Assembly (NCBI GenBank): GCA_905235705.1
Contig: CAJOML010000002.1
Location: 3,485 to 67,484, forward strand
Origin: an uncultured Bacilli bacterium
GTDB lineage: Bacteria > Bacillota_I > Bacilli_A > RFN20 > CAG-826
Direction: 5' to 3'
Length of the DNA stretch: 64,000 nucleotides
The position numbers and the translations under genes were made by a program. Shown here one piece after another: positions 1 through 9,400 of the stretch. A model generated the notes under the pieces. It was given only the letters and a program-made list of their open reading frames with translations, ran no database searches and was not told the origin of the DNA. Position 1 is the stretch's first letter, and the number at the start of each line of letters is the position of its first letter.

Positions 1-1060
1 AATGGATTTTGTATTCGGGGCGTTCGCCAGGGAAACCTTTGTCGGGGTGATGGGGGCAGAAGAATAAGTCGTTTAGATAGGCGCCTTCTTTGCCGAGTTC
101 GGTCTCAAGTTTGGCATGGATTTCGCTTAATTCGGCAAGGGTGGTCTCGCCACGGGCGACGACGGGCTGATTGGTGACGCAGATGGCAAGATAGGGGGAA
201 TTGTTGATTCTAGCAATCGCCTTAGGGGCGCTTGGGATAAGGCGTAATTTATCTTTGTTGGTGACGAAATCGCCGAAGATATTAATCGTGCCATCGCGGT
301 CTAAAAAGATACATTTTTGGGGATTTTGCAGGTTTTTCGCAGCAACTACGCCATTTTTGACATCGTTAGTGACGGCTTCATAACGGTCAGGGGTTCCGCA
401 GTCTTTGACATATTCGCTTGAACGATAGGCATAGACTAAGCCTGAATCAACGGATGGGGCGAGAAGTTCTTTCTCAAAGTCCATCTTGATGGGTTCATCC
501 ATGTCTTCGAAGGTCTCAAGCAATTCTCCTCCGACGACATAAAGCCCGGCGTTTGTGATGTTGCGGTAAAAGAAGTCACGTTTTTCTTTTTTCGATAAAA
601 CGCGAAGCACTTTGTCTTCGTCGTCAACGACCAAAAGGTCGGAATCGTAAGGGTGGGAATTAGGATGGGCGAAGGTGGTGACGATTGCCCCCGATTTACG
701 GTGAAAGGAGATAAATCTCTTCCATGAAACATCTAGCATGAGGTCACCCATGATTAAGAGGAAATCGCCGCGATGCTTTTTGGCTAAGAAATATAGCGCA
801 CCCGCCGTTCCTAATGGGCTTTCTTCAACGATATAAGAGATTTTGGCATTCCATTTCGAACCATCTCCGAAATAATCTTGGATGGCTTTGGTTTGGGGAG
901 GGACGACGATCACGATTTCGTTAATGCCGTCGCGGACCAAAGATTCGACTTGGTATTCCAAAATCGGTTTACCGCAGATGGGGACCATCGGCTTTGGAAG
1001 GTCACCGCTGATTTGTTTAAGACGGGTTCCAGCCCCGCCGGCTTGAATGAAGGCTAACAT
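1..1060 (-). CDS. Bifunctional sugar-1-phosphate nucleotidyltransferase (HddC-like) / D,D-heptose-1,7-bisphosphate phosphatase (GmhB-like HAD); C-terminus runs off the window
   Basis: Absent from the ORF track because it is open at the window edge. My minus-strand translation from the ATG (complement of 1058-1060) reads MLAFIQAGGAGTRLKQISGDLPKPMVPICGKPILEYQ (GxGxRL NTP-transferase signature). Around aa 250 it reads IFLDRDGTIN (DxDGT HAD motif I), then VTNQP and FCPHHP (GmhB-type motifs). Confidence 0.7.
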   Translation of the reverse strand, partial: MLAFIQAGGAGTRLKQISGDLPKPMVPICGKPILEYQVESLVRDGINEIVIVVPPQTKAIQDYFGDGSKWNAKISYIVEESPLGTAGALYFLAKKHRGDFLLIMGDLMLDVSWKRFISFHRKSGAIVTTFAHPNSHPYDSDLLVVDDEDKVLRVLSKKEKRDFFYRNITNAGLYVVGGELLETFEDMDEPIKMDFEKELLAPSVDSGLVYAYRSSEYVKDCGTPDRYEAVTNDVKNGVVAAKNLQNPQKCIFLDRDGTINIFGDFVTNKDKLRLIPSAPKAIARINNSPYLAICVTNQPVVARGETTLAELSEIHAKLETELGKEGAYLNDLFFCPHHPDKGFPGERPEYKIH

Positions 1061-1062
1061 AT

Positions 1063-2043
1063 TTACTCCGTAAAAATGATGGAGACGCCAGATTGATCTA
1101 GTTCGGTTGGCATCTCGATTAAATCGCTTAAGGCGGCTCTGACATCCGCGCGTTTTTCTTTCTCCGGAACGAAGAAGAGAAGGAATCCGCCGCCGCCGGC
1201 GCCTAATAATTTGCCACCTGTGGCCCCGGCTTCGATGCCGCGGCGATAATGCTCGTCGATGAAGGGGTTAGAAATACCACGGGCAAGCTCACGCTTGATT
1301 TCCCATGATTTGGCTAAAATCGGACCAAGGGCATCGACGTTGTTACTTTCGAATTCGCTTTTTAATTGCCTTGTCATTTCACAAAGGCGTTTGGTGGCTT
1401 CGATTTTTTCTTCGGCGGAGGCGAGGTTTTTGCTTTGCTCGCCGAGGATTTTATTCGCGTCATGGTCTAACCCGGTGTAGAAGAGCATCATCGATTCTTC
1501 GAGGTGACGTCTTGCTTGGGAAGTCATGATAATCGGTTCGACTTTGACAAATCCATCGGGCAAGAATTCGTAATAACGAAGTCCGCCATAGGCGGCGGCG
1601 AACTGGTCTTGCTTGCCAATCGGATTGCCTAAGCGATTGATTTCAATCTCGCATGCTTCTTTGGCAACCTTATAGTTGGATACGGATTGTTCGTTGTAGG
1701 CGTAAAGCAATTTCAACAAGGCAACGGTGAAAGAAGAAGACGAACCAAGGCCGGTTCCCGAAGGGATGTCGGCCATGGAGGTGATTTCGATTCCTTTGGT
1801 GCCGAAATCGGATAAGACCTGACGGAAAATGCGATGTTCGATTTTTTGCGGGTCGGAAACGACCTCCGTCTTTGAATATTTAAGGGTGATGGTGTCTTTG
1901 TTGAAGGCGGGGTTGATGGTCAAATACATGTATTTGCGGATGCTTGTCGAAATGACGCATCCACCATGTTTTTGATAGAAGGAGGGAATGTCGCTCCCCC
2001 CGCCGCAGAAAGAAACACGAAATGGGGCTCTGGCGATAATCAT
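1063..2043 (-). CDS. GHMP-family sugar kinase, HddA-like (D-glycero-D-manno-heptose-7-phosphate kinase type, COG2605-like)
   Basis: 326-aa ORF. N-terminus is MIIARAPFRVSFCGGGSDIPSFY; GHMP ATP-binding motif is PSGTGLGSSSSF; C-terminal KLLGAGGGGFLLFF. Lies 2 nt upstream of the nucleotidyltransferase/phosphatase gene. Confidence 0.7.
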   Translation of the reverse strand: MIIARAPFRVSFCGGGSDIPSFYQKHGGCVISTSIRKYMYLTINPAFNKDTITLKYSKTEVVSDPQKIEHRIFRQVLSDFGTKGIEITSMADIPSGTGLGSSSSFTVALLKLLYAYNEQSVSNYKVAKEACEIEINRLGNPIGKQDQFAAAYGGLRYYEFLPDGFVKVEPIIMTSQARRHLEESMMLFYTGLDHDANKILGEQSKNLASAEEKIEATKRLCEMTRQLKSEFESNNVDALGPILAKSWEIKRELARGISNPFIDEHYRRGIEAGATGGKLLGAGGGGFLLFFVPEKEKRADVRAALSDLIEMPTELDQSGVSIIFTE

Positions 2044-2051
2044 ACGTCTCT

Positions 2052-2057
2052 ATTTTA
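2052..2057 (-). promoter_or_regulatory. -10-like hexamer close to the start codon (leaderless-type), hddA-like operon
   Basis: TAAAAT on the minus strand, 8 nt before the ATG (2043). No SD in between. Confidence 0.35.
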
Positions 2058-2095
2058 ATTGAGACGAAGTCTAAACGATATAGTTTTTCACCTTG

Positions 2096-2104
2096 TGCTA
2101 GAAT
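2096..2104 (+). promoter_or_regulatory. Extended -10 close to the start codon (leaderless-type), FGGY kinase
   Basis: TGcTAGAAT, 9 nt before the ATG at 2114. No SD. Confidence 0.45.
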
Positions 2105-2113
2105 AATGTCATC

Positions 2114-3676
2114 ATGGAAGAACGTTCACTTGCCCTTACCTTTGATTTTGGGACCCAGTCGGTCCGCGCTTGTATTTTCGATGCCAGCGGAAACTGCCTT
2201 GCTCTAGAAAAGCGAAAATACGAGCCTCCTTATTATTCGCCTAAGCCGGGTTATGCCGAGATGGATCCGCAAAAATATCTGGATTATCTTTACGAATGCA
2301 CCCGCGCTTTGGCAAAAAAACACCCTGAATTAATCGCACGTGTCAAAGGAATTGAACTTGATTGTTTCCGCGATTCCGCGGTCATTCTAGATAAAGACCA
2401 TAAGGTTATCCGCCCAATGATACTTTGGTTAGATTCACGAATGGCCGATTGCAAAGAAAAACTACCTTTAACGAGTCGCTTAATCTTTGGGCTTGTGGGA
2501 ATGAGCAAGGTTATCGAGATGAACCGTCGCCGTACGATGGCAAATTGGATTAAAGAGCACGAGCCTGAAAACTTTGCCAAAATCGATAAATACATCTCCG
2601 TTTCAACTTATTTTATTTATAAGTTAACAGGGAATTTAAAAGATTCACCCTCCGATATGACCGGGCATTATCCGCTCGATTATAAGAAAAGGAATTGGTA
2701 TGCCAATCCACCGAAACATTTGCAAGGCCAAATCTTCTCCTTAAGGCGTGACCAATTGCCTGAACTCGTCGACACCCAAAGGGTTTTGGGATGCATTAGC
2801 GAAGAAGCTTCGAAAATCAGCGGTCTTCCCACTGGACTCCCCTTATTTGCCGGAGGCAGCGACAAATCCTGCGAAACGCTAGGATCGGGCGTCACCGATC
2901 ATACCAAATGCGCCGTTTCTTTAGGCACGGCCTGTACGATTGAAACGGTTTCCGAAAAATTCGTTCATCCCCTGCCTTTCCTTCCTGCTTATCCATCCGT
3001 TCAAAAAGGCGTTTATAACTTGGATGTGCAGATTTATCGTGGCTTCTGGATGATCAATTGGTTCTTAAAAGAATTCGGGGCCAAACCCGTTCAAGACATC
3101 ATGATGGATGAAACTGACCCAAGTGAATTCAATGCCCATTTATTTGATATCAACCCGGGAAGCGACGGCCTTATCGTCCAACCTTTCTGGGGTTCGCCTT
3201 TAGACCATCCCGAAGTCAGAGGGTCCATGGTTGGGTTCTCCGATGTCACGACACGCGCCCACGTTTATAAAGCCATCATTGAAGGAATCGCCTATGAACT
3301 TAGGCAAGCCGGGGAAGGGTTTACAAAACGTTTGAAACGGAAATTCGATGTCATGCGCATCTCCGGCGGCGGGTCTTTAAGCAAAGAAGTTTGCCAAATT
3401 TTCGCCGATGTCTTTGGTATACCGGTTGAAACCGTTCAAACGCCTGAAACCTCCTCTTTAGGGGCGGCCATCGGGGTATTTTGCTCATTAGGTGTATATG
3501 GTTCGGCCAAAGAAGCGGTCGAAGCGATGGTCCATGTCAAAGAACGTTTCGAACCGAATTGGAAAGCCCATGAGGTATATAACGAGTTATTCAATAACGT
3601 CTATAAAAAGATGTATCCGGCTTTGAAGAAGAACTACCGTTACCTATATCGGTTTGGCCTAAAAGCCCATCAATAA
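2114..3676 (+). CDS. FGGY-family carbohydrate kinase (xylulokinase/sedoheptulokinase-like; substrate unknown)
   Basis: 520-aa ORF. N-terminal LTFDFGTQSVRACIFD matches the FGGY phosphate-1 motif. C-terminal ISGGGSLSKEVCQIFADVFGIPV matches the FGGY C-domain signature. Confidence 0.8.
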   Translation: MEERSLALTFDFGTQSVRACIFDASGNCLALEKRKYEPPYYSPKPGYAEMDPQKYLDYLYECTRALAKKHPELIARVKGIELDCFRDSAVILDKDHKVIRPMILWLDSRMADCKEKLPLTSRLIFGLVGMSKVIEMNRRRTMANWIKEHEPENFAKIDKYISVSTYFIYKLTGNLKDSPSDMTGHYPLDYKKRNWYANPPKHLQGQIFSLRRDQLPELVDTQRVLGCISEEASKISGLPTGLPLFAGGSDKSCETLGSGVTDHTKCAVSLGTACTIETVSEKFVHPLPFLPAYPSVQKGVYNLDVQIYRGFWMINWFLKEFGAKPVQDIMMDETDPSEFNAHLFDINPGSDGLIVQPFWGSPLDHPEVRGSMVGFSDVTTRAHVYKAIIEGIAYELRQAGEGFTKRLKRKFDVMRISGGGSLSKEVCQIFADVFGIPVETVQTPETSSLGAAIGVFCSLGVYGSAKEAVEAMVHVKERFEPNWKAHEVYNELFNNVYKKMYPALKKNYRYLYRFGLKAHQ

Positions 3677-4242
3677 CCTTTGCTTAATAAATTGAATAAG
3701 ACGTCACTTGAGATTTCACCCGGGTGATTCAATACATATTGGAACAAGGCCAGCGAGGCTTGGACGATTTCTTTAATCGGCCCGGCGATAATGCGCCCTT
3801 CTTTTTGGCTTTGTTTAAGTCGCTTCGCTAGGATTAGGTCCAAGCGTCTTTCTTTGGCGAATTTAGGGAAGTCTTTGGCAAAGGCTTCTTCTAGTGGATA
3901 ACGAAGCAAAACTTTAGCAATCCAAAGGCTTTTTGCGTCTTTCTGAGCCGTTTTTGCAAAGTATTCGCAAAGATATTCGATACCGTTTTCATCCTCAATT
4001 AAGGCGAGGTTTAGAATGGTTTTAGATGGCAATATGGTTTCTTCGATAAGGGCGGAGAAGAGCTCTTTCTTATCTTTGAAATAATGATAAAAGAGGCTCC
4101 TTGTGCAACGAGCCCTTTTGGTGATTGGTTCAATTGAGACCTTGGCATAATCGAGTTCGGCGAAAACCGAAAGGGAGGCGCTTAAAAGACGATGCCTTCT
4201 TTGGTCTTTGAGAAGTTGATTCGCTTCGGGTAATTTAGGCAT
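3670..4242 (-). CDS. TetR/AcrR-family transcriptional regulator
   Basis: 190-aa ORF. The N-terminal HTH region (LLSASLSVFAELDYAKVSIEPITKRARCTRSLFYHYFKDKKELF) is typical of TetR_N. Overlaps the upstream DUF368 gene by 8 nt, so the two form an operon. Confidence 0.8.
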   Translation of the reverse strand: MPKLPEANQLLKDQRRHRLLSASLSVFAELDYAKVSIEPITKRARCTRSLFYHYFKDKKELFSALIEETILPSKTILNLALIEDENGIEYLCEYFAKTAQKDAKSLWIAKVLLRYPLEEAFAKDFPKFAKERRLDLILAKRLKQSQKEGRIIAGPIKEIVQASLALFQYVLNHPGEISSDVLFNLLSKGY

Positions 4243-5248
4243 TTTCGTCTTCTTTTAAAACGACGTTATCCAATTGCCGTTTTTCGGCTTTCTTAACAAG
4301 GTAATAGGTTAATGCAACCATGCCGATGCCGAGGACACCGCCAAGGGCGAATTGCCACCAGGCATTTAATAGACCCGTCGCATCGTGATAGACCCCATAC
4401 ATTTCGTGGTTCACAAACATGGAAACTAGCGACCCGAAGACAAAGCCGACAACAAAGCCGAAGGTGCCACGGCGGTGATTGGCTAAAAGTTTTTTCACCG
4501 CGACCGAAACCGAGACAAAACCCACCAACATGCCGACCAGGAGCACCACCAAAATAAGTAGACGTGCCCATACGTTTTCCGAGGATTCGAAGATGGAGGC
4601 ATGGTTAGGAATGATACTTCCGTCATATGGGTCGCGGTCGGAAATGAAGATGGTCAAGATGGGGTTAAACATCGAGAAGATATACATGACCATTGATCCT
4701 GAAATCCCGGGAATCAAACAGGCCACCGCAGAGAAGAAGCCCATAAATAAGACGAGGGCATATATCCAAGGGGAGGCGAAAGGATTATAAAATTCGGTGT
4801 AGAAATCCCAGTTGATTTGGATGACACCTGCAGCCGATAAATACGAAGCGATGCCAATGCCGGCGGAAATCGCGAATCCTAGGGCGATACGGAGGAAATC
4901 CTTCCAACCGAGTTTGTCGCCTTTAAGTTCCTTTGTCATGATGGGAAGGCCGCCGATGACAAAGCCAGCCAAAACGGCGATGGTGATAAAAGGGAAATAT
5001 AAATATGCGAGTTTTTTCCAGAAGATAATGAAGATAAAGGTCCAAACCAAGCACCCTAAGGCGATGGGGGTGAGGGCTAGTAAGGATGATTTAAATGTTT
5101 TCTTCGCCCTTAAGCCGGCGATAGAACCAATAAGTTTGTCGTAAACATTAACGATAAAGCCGACAGTGCCCACGCTGACACCGGGAAGGATGCCGGTTCC
5201 GAGGGCGGACCCCTTAAGTAAATCGGTTTGCCAAGTCTTCAGTTTCAT
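4235..5248 (-). CDS. DUF368-family polytopic membrane protein (PopT-like polyprenyl-phosphate transporter candidate)
   Basis: 337-aa ORF, hydrophobic throughout. Has the duplicated DUF368 signature: LPGVSVGTVGFIVNVYDKL near the N-terminus and IPGISGSMVMYIF mid-protein. Confidence 0.65.
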   Translation of the reverse strand: MKLKTWQTDLLKGSALGTGILPGVSVGTVGFIVNVYDKLIGSIAGLRAKKTFKSSLLALTPIALGCLVWTFIFIIFWKKLAYLYFPFITIAVLAGFVIGGLPIMTKELKGDKLGWKDFLRIALGFAISAGIGIASYLSAAGVIQINWDFYTEFYNPFASPWIYALVLFMGFFSAVACLIPGISGSMVMYIFSMFNPILTIFISDRDPYDGSIIPNHASIFESSENVWARLLILVVLLVGMLVGFVSVSVAVKKLLANHRRGTFGFVVGFVFGSLVSMFVNHEMYGVYHDATGLLNAWWQFALGGVLGIGMVALTYYLVKKAEKRQLDNVVLKEDENA

Positions 5249-5255
5249 AACGAAA

Positions 5256-5261
5256 AGTATA
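5256..5261 (-). promoter_or_regulatory. -10-like hexamer close to the start codon (leaderless-type), DUF368-tetR operon
   Basis: TATACT on the minus strand, 7 nt before the ATG (5248). No SD. Overlaps the palindrome 5259-5278. Confidence 0.4.
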
Positions 5262-5278
5262 AATGTTTAATCATTTAT
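5259..5278. promoter_or_regulatory. Candidate TetR operator (palindrome)
   Basis: ATAAATG-TTTAAT-CATTTAT with perfect 7-bp arms, in the 56-nt divergent region between the DUF368-tetR operon and the flavodoxin gene. Confidence 0.4.
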
Positions 5279-5287
5279 GGGGAAGTT

Positions 5288-5296
5288 TGTGTTAAT
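5288..5296 (+). promoter_or_regulatory. Extended -10 close to the start codon (leaderless-type), flavodoxin-pth-mfd
   Basis: TGtGTTAAT, 8 nt (CTTTCCGC, no SD) before the ATG at 5305. Confidence 0.4.
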
Positions 5297-5304
5297 CTTT
5301 CCGC

Positions 5305-5847
5305 ATGCGTACATTAGTGCTTTATGAATCTAAGACGGGTTCAACCAAAAAATATGCCGAAGAAATCGCCCGTTCGGTAAACGGGGACATCCTCCCTGCC
5401 AAAAAATTTAAGGCAAAGATGATCCAAGATTATGACACCTTTGTCTTTGGCGGTTGGGTGATGGGCGGCAAAATCCAAGGTCTTGACCGTTTCCTCTCCT
5501 TCTATGACGAAATGAAAGAAGGCCATGATATTTTGATTTTCGCCTCGGGCATGTCCATCGTTTCCAAAGAAAGCAGGGATTCTTTGATTTCTAGCAACAT
5601 CCTTGATTTATACCACGTTCGTTTCTATCAATTACGTGGGTCGTTTGATTATCAAAAGCTTAATCTGGTGAACAAAATTCTCATGTCCAACTCCCTTCGT
5701 ATGATTGATAAGGACCCGAAGGCGAGTTTTGACCAAAAGGCCTTGCTCGACATCAAAGAGCACCCCATCGAATATTATGACCGCGCCGGATTAGACCGCA
5801 TCATCTCCGTTTTGCATAAATTATCCGCGATTGGAGGCGAAGCGTGA
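5305..5847 (+). CDS. Flavodoxin-domain protein (HemG/flavodoxin_5-like)
   Basis: 180-aa ORF. MRTLVLYESKTGSTKKYAEEIA matches the flavodoxin FMN phosphate-binding loop (S/T-x-T-G-x-T). Confidence 0.6.
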   Translation: MRTLVLYESKTGSTKKYAEEIARSVNGDILPAKKFKAKMIQDYDTFVFGGWVMGGKIQGLDRFLSFYDEMKEGHDILIFASGMSIVSKESRDSLISSNILDLYHVRFYQLRGSFDYQKLNLVNKILMSNSLRMIDKDPKASFDQKALLDIKEHPIEYYDRAGLDRIISVLHKLSAIGGEA

Positions 5848-6401
5848 AATTAATCGTCGGTTTAGGAAATCCCGGCAAAAAATACGAAGGCACCCGTCAC
5901 AATATGGGCTTCATGGCTTTAGACCGCTTCGCGGAGATGCTTCAAGTCGATATCGACCGTCATGATTTTAAAGGGAGCTATGCCAAAGTCAGCCGCCCCG
6001 ATTTTCCTGAGCCTTTCATTTTGCTAAAACCCGAAACCTATATGAATCTTTCAGGCGAATCGGTCATTCCTTTGATGGAATATTTCAAAATCGAAAAAAA
6101 GGACCTCATCGTCGTTTATGATGACATGGCCCTTCCCGAAGGCGAGATTCGACTCCGTCTTTTTGGCTCAGCCGGCTCACATAATGGCATGAAAAATATC
6201 ATCGCCTTGCTTGGAAGCGACAAATTCAAACGCCTCCGTATCGGCATCGGCGAGCCTGCTTATTCCGGTATCGATCACGTTTTGACTAAGCCGACCGGTG
6301 AATCGTTGAATTTGATTCTCGGGGCTATCGATAAGGCGGCCTTGGCTTTGCGAGATGCTCTCTTACAAGGTTGGGATTATGCGATGAATCATTACAATTA
6401 A
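5844..6401 (+). CDS. pth: Peptidyl-tRNA hydrolase
   Basis: 185-aa ORF, MKLIVGLGNPGKKYEGTRHNMGF (canonical Pth N-terminus). GTG start 7 nt after GGAGG; overlaps the upstream stop (GTGA). Confidence 0.95.
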   Translation: MKLIVGLGNPGKKYEGTRHNMGFMALDRFAEMLQVDIDRHDFKGSYAKVSRPDFPEPFILLKPETYMNLSGESVIPLMEYFKIEKKDLIVVYDDMALPEGEIRLRLFGSAGSHNGMKNIIALLGSDKFKRLRIGIGEPAYSGIDHVLTKPTGESLNLILGAIDKAALALRDALLQGWDYAMNHYN

Positions 6402-6410
6402 GGAGATAAT

Positions 6411-9400
6411 TTGGACTTATTTAAACGACTTGGCGACAATTTTTTACCCCCCCTTTCTGCGACGAAAGGTTCTTTCGTTTTGGATGAAAGCCTTGGCACG
6501 GGGTTATTATTCGCCAACGAATTTAAACGTAATCCGGGAAATTATGTCCTTGTCGCCTCTAATCTTTATGGGGCGCAAAGGCTTTATGAATTCTTATTAA
6601 ATTTCCTCCCCGAGGAAGATGTTATCTTTTTCCCTGCCGATGAATTATTAAGGGCTGAAATGCTGGTTTCTTCGAAAGAACTGCTCTCGCAACGTCTATA
6701 TGCGATGGGCGAGGCCTTACGTAAGCGGAACAAAATCCTCGTTTGCCATCCTAGTTCTTTGCTTCGCTATCTCCCTAGTCCGAAAAGATTCCAGGAAGAA
6801 TCTATTTCTCTTCACGTCGGCGATCAATTTGATTTAAGCGAGTTCAAGCAAAGACTCGTTCATCTTGGTTATGAACGGGTGGAAAGGATTGAGGGCCCCC
6901 TTCAGTTTTCTTCTCGTGGCGATATTTTGGATGTTTATTCCGTCAACGAACAAAACCCGATTCGTATTGAATTTTTCGGCGATGAAGTCGATGCCATCAA
7001 GATATTTGACATCCAAAACCAACGTTCCACCGCAAATTTAAAGGAAGCTTTGATATTACCTGCGACCGATATTTTTCTAACTCAAGAAGAATATCAGAGT
7101 TTCGCCGTCAACGCGTTAAAACAAGTCGCCTTAGGAAGGAACGAGCTTGGCGACGAACTTGGCGACGATTTAGAAGAGACGGTCACCGTGGATTTGGGAA
7201 AATTCGAAAGCCATGACTATAAATCCTATTTATATCGTTACTATGGGTTTGCTATCGGCGAAACTTACTCCATCCTCGATTATTTAGATCACCCACTTGT
7301 TTTTATTGGTAACCGCACCCAATTCGAAGCCTCCGTCAATATCAATGAAATGGAATCCGAAGAATATCTTTCCGAGCTTCGCTATAAAGGCAAAGCCATT
7401 TCCGGTATCCATCATTATATGAGCCAAGGGGATGGCTTAAAAAACGCCTCCAAGGTGATTAATGGCTATCCTTACTCAAAAGGGAAAAACGAATTCGCCT
7501 TCACGGTACATCGAACCGTCGCAAATACATCTGGGTTCTCCGGCATCCCGACTTTAATCCAATCTTATTTGAATCAATATGACAAAGTCGTCTTGATGGT
7601 TTCAGACGAACACAAGAAAGAAGCCATAACCGGTCTATTAAAGGAAAACGAAATCCCCTTTGAAAAAACAATTGAATTCGACCTCCCCAAAGAGAAGCTT
7701 GGTATTTGCAGCCGCTTCTTAAATGAGGGTTTCGAGATTCCTTCTTTAAAGATCGCTTTCCTTTCCGAAAATGACGTATATGGTCGTAAATTGGTTGCAT
7801 CTAGATTTACGTCTAGATTTAAAAACGCGACGGTTTTGCGCAGTTTTGAAGATTTAAAACCTGGGGATTATGTTGTTCACGAATATAACGGAATCGGGCA
7901 ATTTGCTGGGGTAAAAACGATTTCTATCGAAGGCAAGCACCGCGACTTCCTTCACATTCTTTATGCGAATAACCAAGCCCTTTATGTTCCGCTTGAGCAA
8001 TTCAGGCTTGTCCGTAAATATGCCGGTAGAGAAGGGGCGGTCCCGAAACTATCAAATCTTTATGGCTCGGATTGGGAAAAGAAAAAGGCCCAAATCCAAA
8101 AGAAGGTCAACGATTTGGCTGACCGCCTCATCGCTTTATATGGGGCGAGAGCCAAAGGAACGGGCTTTGCTTTCCCGCCCGATGATGAAATGCAACGCCG
8201 TTTCGAAGAAGAGTTCCCTTATGAATTGACTTCCGATCAAGCCGAAGCGGTTAAGCAAATCAAGATGGACATGGAAAAGCCTGACATCATGGACCGTCTT
8301 CTTTGCGGCGATGTTGGCTTTGGCAAAACCGAAGTTGCTTTTAGGGCCGCCTTTAAAGCGATTACCGCCAATAAACAAGTCGCTTTGCTTTGCCCCACCA
8401 CCCTTTTAGCCAGACAACACGCCGAAGTCGCCAAAGAACGTTTTGCCACTTTCGGCGTTCGCATCGGTCTGCTTTCCCGTATGGTTCCCCCGAAAGAACA
8501 AAGGGAAGTCATCAAAAAACTCAAAAGCGGGGAAATCGATTTGGTTGTCGGCACCCACCGCCTTCTTTCCAAAGAAATCCAATATCGGGACCTAGGGCTA
8601 CTTATCGTTGACGAAGAGCAACGCTTCGGGGTCGAGCAAAAAGAGAAAATTAAAGAAATGAAATCCAGCGTGGACGTGCTTACTCTTTCCGCAACCCCGA
8701 TTCCCCGCACTTTGCAGATGTCGCTTATTGGGATTCGTGCCTTAAGCGAAATCAACACCCCTCCTTCTTTCCGCTCGCCGATCCAAACTTATGTTACCCC
8801 TTATTCTAGGGAAGTCGTGATGGAATTGATCCAACGCGAACTAGGAAGACATGGCCAGGTCTTCTACCTCCATAACGATATTGCCACCATCTATGAGACC
8901 GCCGCGCGAATCGCTAAGTTAGTCCCTTCTTGCCATATCGGGGTCGCCCATGGGCGGATGGAAAAAGAAGAAATCGAAGATGTCATGACCAAGTTCTACG
9001 ATGGGGAAATCGATGTTTTGGTTTGCACCTCCATCGTCGAAAACGGCATCGACGTGCCGAATGCGAATATGATTATCGTCGAAAACGCCGACCGCTTTGG
9101 CTTGTCGCAACTTTATCAAATTAAAGGCCGCGTTGGCCGAGGTAGCCGCATCGCCTATGCCTATTTGCTTTATCGCGAAGATAAGGATATGAACGAAGAC
9201 GCCAAGAAGCGGTTAAAGGCAATTTCCGAATTCACCGAACTTGGCTCGGGTTATAAAATCGCCCAACGTGATTTGATGATTCGTGGGGCTGGGGATATCC
9301 TTGGGCCCGAACAAGCCGGCTTTATCGATACGGTCGGTTTGGATTTATACCTGAAATTATTAAATGAGGCGATTACCAGCAAAACAAATGGAACCCCCTC

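Noticed and set aside
436-732. 98-aa minus-strand ORF from the track
   Set aside because: It is in an alternative frame of the longer edge-truncated nucleotidyltransferase/GmhB gene (1-1060), which has clear family motifs.
2681-2692. 12-nt match (TATAAGAAAAGG) to the repeated hairpin-loop motif, inside the FGGY kinase gene
   Set aside because: No flanking GGCTCC/GGAGC arms, and it lies within coding sequence. It is at the length expected by chance in 64 kb.
7146-7168. Tandem 12-nt duplication (CTTGGCGACGAa x2) in mfd
   Set aside because: An in-frame micro-duplication encoding ELGDELGD in a variable linker. Only two copies, so not a repeat array.
8237-8758. 173-aa antisense ORF inside mfd
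   Set aside because: Shadow ORF opposite the Mfd helicase motifs. The product is low-complexity and S/R-rich.
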